From positions 1 to 64,000 of IMG/VR virus record IMGVR_UViG_3300034093_003299: 64,000 nt of DNA; one strand, written 5' to 3'. Each line of letters opens with the position of its first letter. The stretch's first letter is position 1. This stretch comes from a virus. Its lineage: Duplodnaviria; Caudoviricetes. Shown here one piece after another: positions 56,076-64,000 of this stretch. A program made the position numbers and the translations under genes. The notes under the pieces were generated by a model. That model worked only from the letters and a program-made list of their open reading frames with translations. It had not been told where the DNA came from and did not search any database.

Positions 56076-59000
56076 TAGCTTAAAAAGTTTGTATTTACTA
56101 ATTTGATATTAGGTCTATTTTTATTAATTAAAGTTTGAAAATTAGTAGCTTTCGCAGGGTGACTTTGGAAGGAGCATTGAATGCTTAATCCATTTTCTGC
56201 TAATGCAATATTTAATTTTGTTAATCCATTCTGCACAGAAAGAGCCGATTTCAAATCATCTGTTATGCTTGAACAAAATAAATCCGCTGAATAAGAAACA
56301 TTAGGCTGCAATAAAGATAACGCCTTGTCATTATAATAGTCTTTTAATTTATTATGATACGATTGGAATGTGTCAAACTCATATTTTGGTATTGTTTCGT
56401 CTGAATAACCTTGAAAATTCATTACTACTGGAGTTCCGTCTCCAAAAGCAGAACCAATTGTTTGATCCGTGGAGTAACTGAATGCCGTCGCGTCAGCGTA
56501 AAGCTCTCTTACATTTGGAGTTATATTATTTACATCTAACTCTAAAGAAAATCCTTCATTATTTAAAATTTTATTTATGTCATCTTTATCTTCCAATCCT
56601 CCTGCAATAAAATTTCTAAATGGAATAAATGTTTGAGTACTGCTTTTGCTTTTCAACGTTATCGTATAGTTTAATTGCGACGGTAGTGTTATGTATTCTA
56701 TTTCTTGTCTAGTTTTTACATAATCCCACGGCGATGGGTTTGGATGCCTTGTGCTTTGTATATTTATCGTAGTCAAGGCCGGAGACTCTAAAGAGAGCAT
56801 TCCGTTATTTGCTTGCAAAGATTTATTTACATGAGCTTGCAAGAACGCTGAGCTAGGCATGTTTCTTGTGATTTTCAACCTTTGACACCGATCTGGTAGA
56901 GGCCCGAGCCCGTTTAATTGAGCGGCATTATTTAATTGCGTCTCCTTTTGCTCTTGTGGCTGAACGCAAACAGAGTAAAAAATTGTTTTATTGCAACTTT
57001 TTTGGCCCTCTCTAAGAGAGGTCAATGCTCCTGCTTGCGAAAGTTCTCTTAATTTCTCACATCTTTCTGCTATAGAATTTTGATATTCTATTGGATTTGT
57101 AAATACTGCCCTTGGAAAAAATTGAAATTTAAATATCTGCCCGACATTTTCTATATTTGGTGCGGAAATAGTAGAAGAAATAATATCTTTATAACCCAAT
57201 AAAACTCCAAATGAATAATTACCTAGCGGTAAATTAGTAAGGTCTACTGGCAAAGCGGCCTGCAAAACGCCTAAGGTCACCGGCGAAAGCTCTTTAAAAA
57301 TTGGAGCATAAGCTTCTGCTAAATTTATTCTTATTAATTGATTGCTACTAGAAGACGCGCCAGGAGAGCCAGACGAAATGTAATAATCTAAATACTCCAA
57401 ACCTCTTATCAGCTCTTGGAATACGCCATAAGCAGCGTCTGTTCTTGCTGTGTAGAACACCACCGCTTTCAAACGATTTAGATCTGTTAAATACTTAAGA
57501 TAAGAAGCCTGAGCTTTAGCGCAAATATCTTGAGTATTTGACACCAATGTATCAAATTCTGCAAAAGCTTTGAAGTAGCTTTCTGTGCCATTAAATAAGC
57601 TAGCTATGCTTGACATTAAAAAGCGAGCATCTCGAAAAACAGGCAATTTATATAATTCATTTGCAAAAACTTTTTGAGTTGGAGGTACTGTTTCTACAGA
57701 GTATTGCATTAGAACGTCTCCATTCCCTGCCATTCCATCCGAAACATTTAGCACATCTGTCCAATAATGCTTGCCTATGAAATCTGCGATATAAGACTCT
57801 ATAGCTGAAACATTAGTAGCTAAGGATTCGTTATAGAATCCTAAATTCATATCTATCAACAAATTACCATTATAGTCAAAAATTAATTCGCTTTGCAATT
57901 CAAGAGCTCTAGTTACAGCTTCATAAGCTACCAAATTATCATTGTCTAAATAAGCTAATTTAGAAGAACCGGCGGTTCCGCCAATAGGCAAAAAACCTAA
58001 AGCTTGATATGCTCCTATGCTATAGTTATAAATATCCCTCATTTTTGGAGAATACTTGCCAAGGATAGCTGAAGTTAAAACTTGCTCATAAGTTCTTTTC
58101 GATCCGCAAAAATCATAAGTAGTGTATCCATTTGAAAACAATTGAGGAAACACCTCATAAATTTTTATGTTTTTGAATTGTCTAGCGCCTAGTGATCGTT
58201 CAGATTCTATTGTTTGCTCTTTTGCGTCTTTAAAATACAATGACGAATATAGTTTTAAGTTTTTCTTGCTTAAATCATAATCGAAATCCTGAGATCTAAT
58301 AACGAATTCTGAAGACTGCGATGCTTCTAAATCTTCAAGATTTAATTTAGTGCGCAGGACTTCTTCTTTAGATAAAGAATCTGCTAAATCTATTCCTTTA
58401 ATTTTTACTTGATTTATCGACGACGATGACTCGTAAGAGAAATCAACAACATAAGAATAAGAAAACTCTTCGCACCATTGGGCTAAAACATTTTTTAAAG
58501 TGCCAGAATATTTTCTTTTTATTTGCCCTTCAGATTTATCTACTAGAGAGTCTTTTTGTGTACTGCTGCCAGGCGCTGCGCTAGAATTCGCTGGCAATAT
58601 TATTATGCCCAGAGCCTTCATAGCTTTTATCAAAGATTTAAATGAGTAATAAATTTCAGAAGCTTTGCATATGCTGTCTTTGAAGTCTTCTTCTCCTAAA
58701 AGAATTACAGCTCCATATCCATTATTGATTTGCTTTAATGGATCAGTAGATTTTATAATTATATAATTAGACCTATCTTTTCCAGAGGCTGTGTCGGATA
58801 TAATTTGAGTCTTCCCTGTATTATTTTTTAATTGTAATTGTCCCGCCAATGTTTTTTCAGCAAAATGTAATTTTTGTTTGAAATTTTCAACCGTTACTGA
58901 GCCAGCTATAGATCCCATAACAGATGGGCAGTTTAATTTTATTTGATCTACTACAGCGTCTATCTCTGATCTGACGTCTATAGCCACCTCAACTCCTAAT

Positions 59001-59551
59001 ACGCCAACGTAAATCTTGTCTAAAACAAAGGAGTTGTCTTTTAATGTTACCGTGAGTATCTTCTCATTATTTCTTTTTGATAATGAGTAGGAAGATATTT
59101 TGAAATTCTTAAGTTGATAAGTTTTTTTTCCTTCTCCATTTATAATTGTGACATTGTAACTTGTTGTAGCCCCGATATATTTATCTTCTATATTAAAATC
59201 TTTATCTATAAGCTGAGACAAAGTGTTCGTTGTTCCTTGAAAAGTTTCACTTTGATTATTTGTTTGATCTCTTGGAGTACTTTGAGCCTGTCTTGATGCA
59301 TTAAGTTGATTAAGAGTAGCTATATCTCTGCTACGCTGGTCTTTAACGGAAGATGCGTCTTTGGCTTCTTTTATCGTCTTATTTAGAGCCAAATTGAGAA
59401 CTAAAGTTGTAGGTGCGCCATCGAATCCGACATCAAGAGACAATGCGTAAACATATCCATTAAACAACCTATTCCCTAACTCCTTTGGAGGCCCAGAAGA
59501 GAATTCCGTTCTTGTTATATTTATACTGCTATTATTCTTTACTTGAGCCAT
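56075..59551 (-). CDS. Baseplate hub-like protein (1158 aa, putative gp27/gpD-type fold with insertions)
   Basis: GYVYALSLDVGFDGAPTTLVL, LTVTLKD and LKNVLAQWCEEFSYSY patterns resemble hub proteins; tentative. Confidence 0.4.
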   Translation of the reverse strand: MAQVKNNSSINITRTEFSSGPPKELGNRLFNGYVYALSLDVGFDGAPTTLVLNLALNKTIKEAKDASSVKDQRSRDIATLNQLNASRQAQSTPRDQTNNQSETFQGTTNTLSQLIDKDFNIEDKYIGATTSYNVTIINGEGKKTYQLKNFKISSYSLSKRNNEKILTVTLKDNSFVLDKIYVGVLGVEVAIDVRSEIDAVVDQIKLNCPSVMGSIAGSVTVENFKQKLHFAEKTLAGQLQLKNNTGKTQIISDTASGKDRSNYIIIKSTDPLKQINNGYGAVILLGEEDFKDSICKASEIYYSFKSLIKAMKALGIIILPANSSAAPGSSTQKDSLVDKSEGQIKRKYSGTLKNVLAQWCEEFSYSYVVDFSYESSSSINQVKIKGIDLADSLSKEEVLRTKLNLEDLEASQSSEFVIRSQDFDYDLSKKNLKLYSSLYFKDAKEQTIESERSLGARQFKNIKIYEVFPQLFSNGYTTYDFCGSKRTYEQVLTSAILGKYSPKMRDIYNYSIGAYQALGFLPIGGTAGSSKLAYLDNDNLVAYEAVTRALELQSELIFDYNGNLLIDMNLGFYNESLATNVSAIESYIADFIGKHYWTDVLNVSDGMAGNGDVLMQYSVETVPPTQKVFANELYKLPVFRDARFLMSSIASLFNGTESYFKAFAEFDTLVSNTQDICAKAQASYLKYLTDLNRLKAVVFYTARTDAAYGVFQELIRGLEYLDYYISSGSPGASSSSNQLIRINLAEAYAPIFKELSPVTLGVLQAALPVDLTNLPLGNYSFGVLLGYKDIISSTISAPNIENVGQIFKFQFFPRAVFTNPIEYQNSIAERCEKLRELSQAGALTSLREGQKSCNKTIFYSVCVQPQEQKETQLNNAAQLNGLGPLPDRCQRLKITRNMPSSAFLQAHVNKSLQANNGMLSLESPALTTINIQSTRHPNPSPWDYVKTRQEIEYITLPSQLNYTITLKSKSSTQTFIPFRNFIAGGLEDKDDINKILNNEGFSLELDVNNITPNVRELYADATAFSYSTDQTIGSAFGDGTPVVMNFQGYSDETIPKYEFDTFQSYHNKLKDYYNDKALSLLQPNVSYSADLFCSSITDDLKSALSVQNGLTKLNIALAENGLSIQCSFQSHPAKATNFQTLINKNRPNIKLVNTNFLS

Positions 59552-59565
59552 AATCCTTAAAATTA

Positions 59566-59572
59566 ATTACAC
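59566..59572 (-). promoter_or_regulatory. GTGTAAT motif, candidate late promoter
   Basis: Overlaps the upstream stop codon; 14 nt before ATG 59551. Confidence 0.3.
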
Positions 59573-61357
59573 GTTAAAATACCCTGTTTCATTATTATAT
59601 ACAACTTGAGAGAATGGCTCCAAAGAAAAGGTTGTGTATTTCAAACTGGCGTCTGCTAGCTTTAGATAATCTAAATCTTTTATTTGCCTCAAACCGTTTA
59701 CCCAAACTTGTTCGTCGAATAATGGAATGTTTGTATCAAAATTATTAGCGTTGTTTCCTGTATATCTTACTCTATTCGTATCATGCTTTGGCAACAAAAG
59801 CAAATCTCCGTCAATAAGATTTGTTGTATAAATAGTGACTGCACCTGCCGCAGCGTCGTAATCTATTCCAGAAATTAATTTATTACCATTCAAATAAAGA
59901 TCTCTATTATTGACATAATTATAATTTAAGACTTTGGTTGTGTTTGTTATGTCTTGAGTAGATATTCCAGTTAACGACCCAGAGCCAGATATCAAATCAT
60001 AAATAGCAAAATCTGTAACATCAAAAAAACTGCTAGAATCTACAAAACCCCCCGAAACAGTAAAGTCGCCTTCTTTATCTCCAGTTATTCCAGTGACGTG
60101 AGTACACGCCAATCCATTAACGTATAGATTTATAGCTTCTCCAGAACCAGTATTTAATATGGTGTATCTCGTATCAGATTGAGAAAATTGTGGTATTAAA
60201 TTAATATCTTCAGAATTTCTACCTGAAAAACTATAAACTTCTTTATTAGAATCATCGAAATCAGCTAAAAGTAAAATTTTAGAATTTCCAAATGGCACTG
60301 AATATCCATAATCCACTAAGCCGCTTGGAGGATGATAAAGTGTTATTTCTGAAGTGCCAGTGGTAATACCAGTTAGTTCTACTAATCTATAATCATATAA
60401 ATATCCTGTGGTTCCAGAATAAGCATACCCAGTTACAGCCGAACTATCTGATGTTTTTGTTTCCCCAGATATTTGAGTGTATCCTGTTATTCCAGTGCCG
60501 ACTACTACATTTTGGTACTCTATTCCTGTAACAGACAAAAATGATTCGACTTGAGTTTCGTATCTTCCCGACGCGTAGCCAGAACAATAGAATGCTTTCG
60601 CGAAAGTATTCCTTTCTGCAAAAGCTAATCCTAAATTAAACAGCATGAAATTATCTATAAATCCGCTAAAATTTTTGTAATTTACTCCAGAAACCCCTAG
60701 CCCGCCTAAATAAAAATCATTAGAATTAGAGAAACCATCAATATCAAATTGCACATTAAGAGATTTTTTATTTAAAATATCATCAAATTGATGAGTAGAC
60801 AATTGAATAGAAGAGTCTATTTTTGCTATTGATATAACATTTTTGTTGTCTAATTCTTGCCCTAAAGTGTAAATCCTTTTGCCTTCCGAGGGAGTATTAT
60901 GCTCGCAGAATAATCTATTGCATCCATTTATTCCTATAGAAAATCCAGAAATAGAAGATTCAGAATTTTGTGACGAAACAATAATTTTACTCTTGTCAAA
61001 TACTCCTGTATCTAAATTTTTAAACACTATGAATGCGGTCCAGTCTGCATCATTAATTTCGCCTAATATTTTAAATTTATTTTGCCCATTAAATTGCCCA
61101 CTTACTATTGACGCGTTTACACTGGCTCCTCCCACTTCGTCGCTGTATGATAAAGCTGGATTTTCTGTAGAATAAATTTTTGAACCAGAGTATTGATAGC
61201 TTATTCCTATTTGATTATTAAATATTAAATAATTAGAGTACGAAGAGGAGTCTGTTATTCCTGTGTAAGAAGGATTGCGAAAATCGTAATCAATAGATAT
61301 TGAAGATCTATCGCAAAATATTGTTTCTAAGAATCCTGATTTTATAGCTTCGTTCAT
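59567..61357 (-). CDS. Virion protein with a LamG/concanavalin A-like domain
   Basis: DWTAFIVF, GFSIGING, DFYLGG and FSGFIDNFMLFN motifs are typical of LamG-like domains. Confidence 0.65.
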   Translation of the reverse strand: MNEAIKSGFLETIFCDRSSISIDYDFRNPSYTGITDSSSYSNYLIFNNQIGISYQYSGSKIYSTENPALSYSDEVGGASVNASIVSGQFNGQNKFKILGEINDADWTAFIVFKNLDTGVFDKSKIIVSSQNSESSISGFSIGINGCNRLFCEHNTPSEGKRIYTLGQELDNKNVISIAKIDSSIQLSTHQFDDILNKKSLNVQFDIDGFSNSNDFYLGGLGVSGVNYKNFSGFIDNFMLFNLGLAFAERNTFAKAFYCSGYASGRYETQVESFLSVTGIEYQNVVVGTGITGYTQISGETKTSDSSAVTGYAYSGTTGYLYDYRLVELTGITTGTSEITLYHPPSGLVDYGYSVPFGNSKILLLADFDDSNKEVYSFSGRNSEDINLIPQFSQSDTRYTILNTGSGEAINLYVNGLACTHVTGITGDKEGDFTVSGGFVDSSSFFDVTDFAIYDLISGSGSLTGISTQDITNTTKVLNYNYVNNRDLYLNGNKLISGIDYDAAAGAVTIYTTNLIDGDLLLLPKHDTNRVRYTGNNANNFDTNIPLFDEQVWVNGLRQIKDLDYLKLADASLKYTTFSLEPFSQVVYNNETGYFNV

Positions 61358-63180
61358 GATTTTATGACTCTCCTATTTTCTGCTTGGAGCGGGTCTAAAG
61401 CAAAAGAAAATATTGAATTCGCCGAAACTACAGATCCATATTTATCTGTAGTAAGTATATTTGATGTAGTTGAACTAAAATTACTATTAGCTATAGAAAC
61501 AGAAGAAGACTCTTCTTGCACGGTATCTAATGAAGATCTACCCGTCACGTTTAATAATGGCTTAATAAAATTCTCTTTAAAATTAAGAAGCAGAGTGTTT
61601 TTATTAGCCAAAAGAGCATCTTCCGAAGTCGCCGGCTTAGTGATTGATATGTTTATTCCAGCTTTTTCTCTTTTTAGCGTGTTCATATCTACAGCAATAT
61701 GCCCCAAAGAATTATTACACGAAAATCCATATGTAAAAATAGTATTAGTTGGAGTGTATTCTATATTATAATCTGAATTAGATAGAGACAAAAATTTATC
61801 TTTATTGTCGTAAGACGCCGATATCGTAACAGTTCCTAAGAGCGGGTTAGCGTCTACCACTAACGAAGTTGGCTCAGAGTTCAAAGTGAACTTAGGAGAG
61901 CCAGAATAATACGCGCTATAATAATCATTTATTAATGTATATAATCTCGGCGCAACATTGCTTGTCCCGGCTGTAAATAATTGGGTTACATAATCTAAAG
62001 ATTTAGCGTATTTATTCTTAACAGATCCACGACATTTAACTTCTCCTTTTATTTCTAGAGTATCTATGAAAGATAAATCATCAATAACATGAGATATAGA
62101 AGCGTCTAGATAACAGCCACTAAATACTGTTGGGTCATTAGCTGAATTGTAGAATTCTAAATTATCGTAAGAAATATTGAATGCTATTTTTCTAGCTTTA
62201 CGGTCTTCGTTTATTGATAATTGAATCGGGTCTTCGCAAAATTTAAATCCATTTGGAGACCCATATTTTCCTGATATTATCGCGTACGGATTCAATCCAG
62301 AAAGCTCATTAATAAGCCCAGATATTAAATAATCTCCTGTCGCTCCAGTGATTCCAGCTTTTATCTCTCCTTGTATAGACGCGGTGACAAAGTCGTCTCC
62401 AGCTCCAGAAATTAAATTCGTACTGTAAGAGACTAAATTATAATTATTAAAAGAATAATTCTGCGCAGATTCTGAATCTCCAGTTATTGTTTTAAATTTA
62501 TAAGTTTCTTCTATAGAGTAGCTTAAATTAAGCCTATCTAAATTTTCTGATATGCTTACTAGCACAGGAGTAAAAGAAGTAGAATTATCTATGCTGGTAG
62601 CAAGAGGTAAAGTTAAAATTCTTGAAATCCCAGTTCTTGACGCTACATAAGATTTAACATTATCTATGGCATTGTCAATTGTATCTATCACGAAACCTTT
62701 AGCAGAAACAGAATGCATTGCCGTACCAATTCCATCGTTTCCTGGAGAGATGTTTATTTCATCTTTAGGATCTAATATGCCATAATTTCCCGAGAAAAAA
62801 CCAGTAAGCCCAGATGGATAAGACAAAAGCTCAACCGAATAATTCACTACTCTATTATATGGCGCATTGTCGAAAGAAACGCTTTGCACAGAACACCCAG
62901 AAAAAGCCGCTGCTTCTGAAGTTGGCACAGTGTCATCAGCTCCTTCTAAAACCTTTAAAATTTGATAAGAAGAGGAGAAAACATCTACCAATCCAGTTTG
63001 CGCTGTATAAAGGTCATCAAATGTATTTCCTGTTATAACTCCATTAAGAACAATCCTTTGCGAGATGCCCCACCTATTACCGTAGCTAATGACATCGTCA
63101 CTAACAGACAAGTAAGGCGTCGGGCCAGTGCCGCTAACTGGGACTCTCTTATTATTGTATTTAATAAGTACATCTGACAT
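61354..63180 (-). CDS. Tail-associated structural protein with internal repeated modules (608 aa)
   Basis: Recurring S..D...G..T..I.GE(I/V)K and D....VSYS.EY/SYDN segments. Confidence 0.55.
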   Translation of the reverse strand: MSDVLIKYNNKRVPVSGTGPTPYLSVSDDVISYGNRWGISQRIVLNGVITGNTFDDLYTAQTGLVDVFSSSYQILKVLEGADDTVPTSEAAAFSGCSVQSVSFDNAPYNRVVNYSVELLSYPSGLTGFFSGNYGILDPKDEINISPGNDGIGTAMHSVSAKGFVIDTIDNAIDNVKSYVASRTGISRILTLPLATSIDNSTSFTPVLVSISENLDRLNLSYSIEETYKFKTITGDSESAQNYSFNNYNLVSYSTNLISGAGDDFVTASIQGEIKAGITGATGDYLISGLINELSGLNPYAIISGKYGSPNGFKFCEDPIQLSINEDRKARKIAFNISYDNLEFYNSANDPTVFSGCYLDASISHVIDDLSFIDTLEIKGEVKCRGSVKNKYAKSLDYVTQLFTAGTSNVAPRLYTLINDYYSAYYSGSPKFTLNSEPTSLVVDANPLLGTVTISASYDNKDKFLSLSNSDYNIEYTPTNTIFTYGFSCNNSLGHIAVDMNTLKREKAGINISITKPATSEDALLANKNTLLLNFKENFIKPLLNVTGRSSLDTVQEESSSVSIANSNFSSTTSNILTTDKYGSVVSANSIFSFALDPLQAENRRVIKS

Positions 63181-63181
63181 A

Positions 63182-64000
63182 TTATAATTTCTCTTTCTTA
63201 ACTAGGAATTTGTATTCAATCGAAACTTTTAAGTTGTAATTATTATCAATTGATAAATTTAAATTTTCCATGAAATAAGTTAGATCTCCTAATTGAAATC
63301 CAAATTTTTCGTTATATATTTTAGAGAATGCTTTTATTCCATACTGATATTGAGGATATGTCGTGCCGAATAATCGTCCTGTATCTTTGTGCAGCATTTC
63401 AGCAGTAAATAGATCTTTTATTTTTCCGAAAACGATTACTGAATTTGTATTCGATCCAGCCGGAGTAGAAGAGTATAATTGATTTCTATTTATTTTCATA
63501 TCTATAGAAATAGATTTTACTCCTTCTGTTAATTGACGAGTTTGATAAATTGTCTCTTGGAATCTTTCCATTTTATTTTCATTCCATGATCCAGGGATAT
63601 TTGCGTTAGAAAATCTGTTAACAGGAAGATTTGTATTTTCACTTATAATTAATTGCTTTACCAAGCCAGAGCTGCTCAATGTAGGAGAATCTGAATACGA
63701 TTTAGTGTATGTGGTTTCTACGCCGAATTTTAAATGATTTATTGATGTATTAGTTTTTACTCCAGCAAAAGTTCCTGATCCAGCTACAGCAGCGTAATAA
63801 GGGTCTATTTTAGAAGAGTCGCTCTGGTCTATTATTCCTTTGATGGTTGTTAAATTTCCGCTGAATGATTTATTTTTATTTGTATATAGTTTTATAGAAC
63901 CATTAACTGTTGAATTATATATTCCTTGAGCGTCTTTATTCAAAGAAACAGAATAAGAATGAATAGTAGTGGCATCGGAGTAAGCTGCATTAGTTGTAAA
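63182..64000 (-). CDS. 5'-partial structural protein, likely related to 61354..63180
   Basis: The frame stays open from the tracked TTG 63943 to the window end (FTTNAAYSDATTIHSYSVSLNKDAQG...); HSYSVSL...GIYNSTVNGSIK resembles the neighbour's modules. Confidence 0.6.
   Translation of the reverse strand, partial: FTTNAAYSDATTIHSYSVSLNKDAQGIYNSTVNGSIKLYTNKNKSFSGNLTTIKGIIDQSDSSKIDPYYAAVAGSGTFAGVKTNTSINHLKFGVETTYTKSYSDSPTLSSSGLVKQLIISENTNLPVNRFSNANIPGSWNENKMERFQETIYQTRQLTEGVKSISIDMKINRNQLYSSTPAGSNTNSVIVFGKIKDLFTAEMLHKDTGRLFGTTYPQYQYGIKAFSKIYNEKFGFQLGDLTYFMENLNLSIDNNYNLKVSIEYKFLVKKEKL

Noticed and set aside
25601-61720. GTGTAAT copies at 25601(+), 38493(-) and 61720(-)
   Set aside because: Inside coding regions and far from any start; chance occurrences are expected in AT-rich DNA.
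1600-63177. Remaining short tracked ORFs (60-135 aa) nested in or antisense to larger genes, for example 6227..6592, 14264..14584, 35656..35955, 45247..45630, 61364..61771
   Set aside because: Fully overlapped by well-supported genes, with no recognisable motifs; treated as shadows.
1-64000. Stop-codon reassignment (alternative genetic code), as in some large phages
   Set aside because: Recognisable genes end at their natural C-termini on TAA (dut), TGA (fcl) and TAG (gmd), and coding density is very high under code 11.
1-64000. tRNA, rRNA, transposase or integrase genes
   Set aside because: No cloverleaf/T-loop signatures or mobile-element motifs were noticed by eye; tRNAscan-SE was not run.

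Overview
AT-rich 64-kb segment of a large tailed-phage (Caudoviricetes, probably jumbo) genome in standard code 11, with very tight gene packing (ATGA/TAATG overlaps) and no obvious Shine-Dalgarno sites. Layout: (i) 1-4149, the 3' part of a Ser/Gly/Thr-repeat plus GNVGIGTTSP-module tail fibre; (ii) 4.2-9.0 kb, small genes, a dNMP kinase, an HNH nuclease, a histone-like protein and dUTPase; (iii) 9.05-9.49 kb, a promoter-led, highly base-paired non-coding region with two copies of an internal module, directly upstream of a phage sigma factor; (iv) SSB-like gene, GT4, FmdB-like gene and class II RNR; (v) 14-21 kb, a glycan cluster (six GT-like genes, FkbM methyltransferase, fcl, gmd); (vi) 21-34.6 kb, replication/recombination genes (RecA, DnaB, DnaG, RecB/Cas4-like nuclease, DnaE split into PHP + DnaQ + polymerase genes, a Whirly-like protein, GTs, a Rad52-like protein); (vii) 34.6-64 kb, a minus-strand run of large virion-type genes including a 3232-aa protein. 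Best leads: the candidate large structured RNA leading the sigma gene, a possible phage protein-glycosylation system aimed at the Ser-Gly fibre, a Whirly-like SSB, a recurring leaderless TTGAC-N16-CAYAAT promoter, and nucleotide-conserved fibre module junctions. All family calls come from motif recognition by eye; no database search was run.
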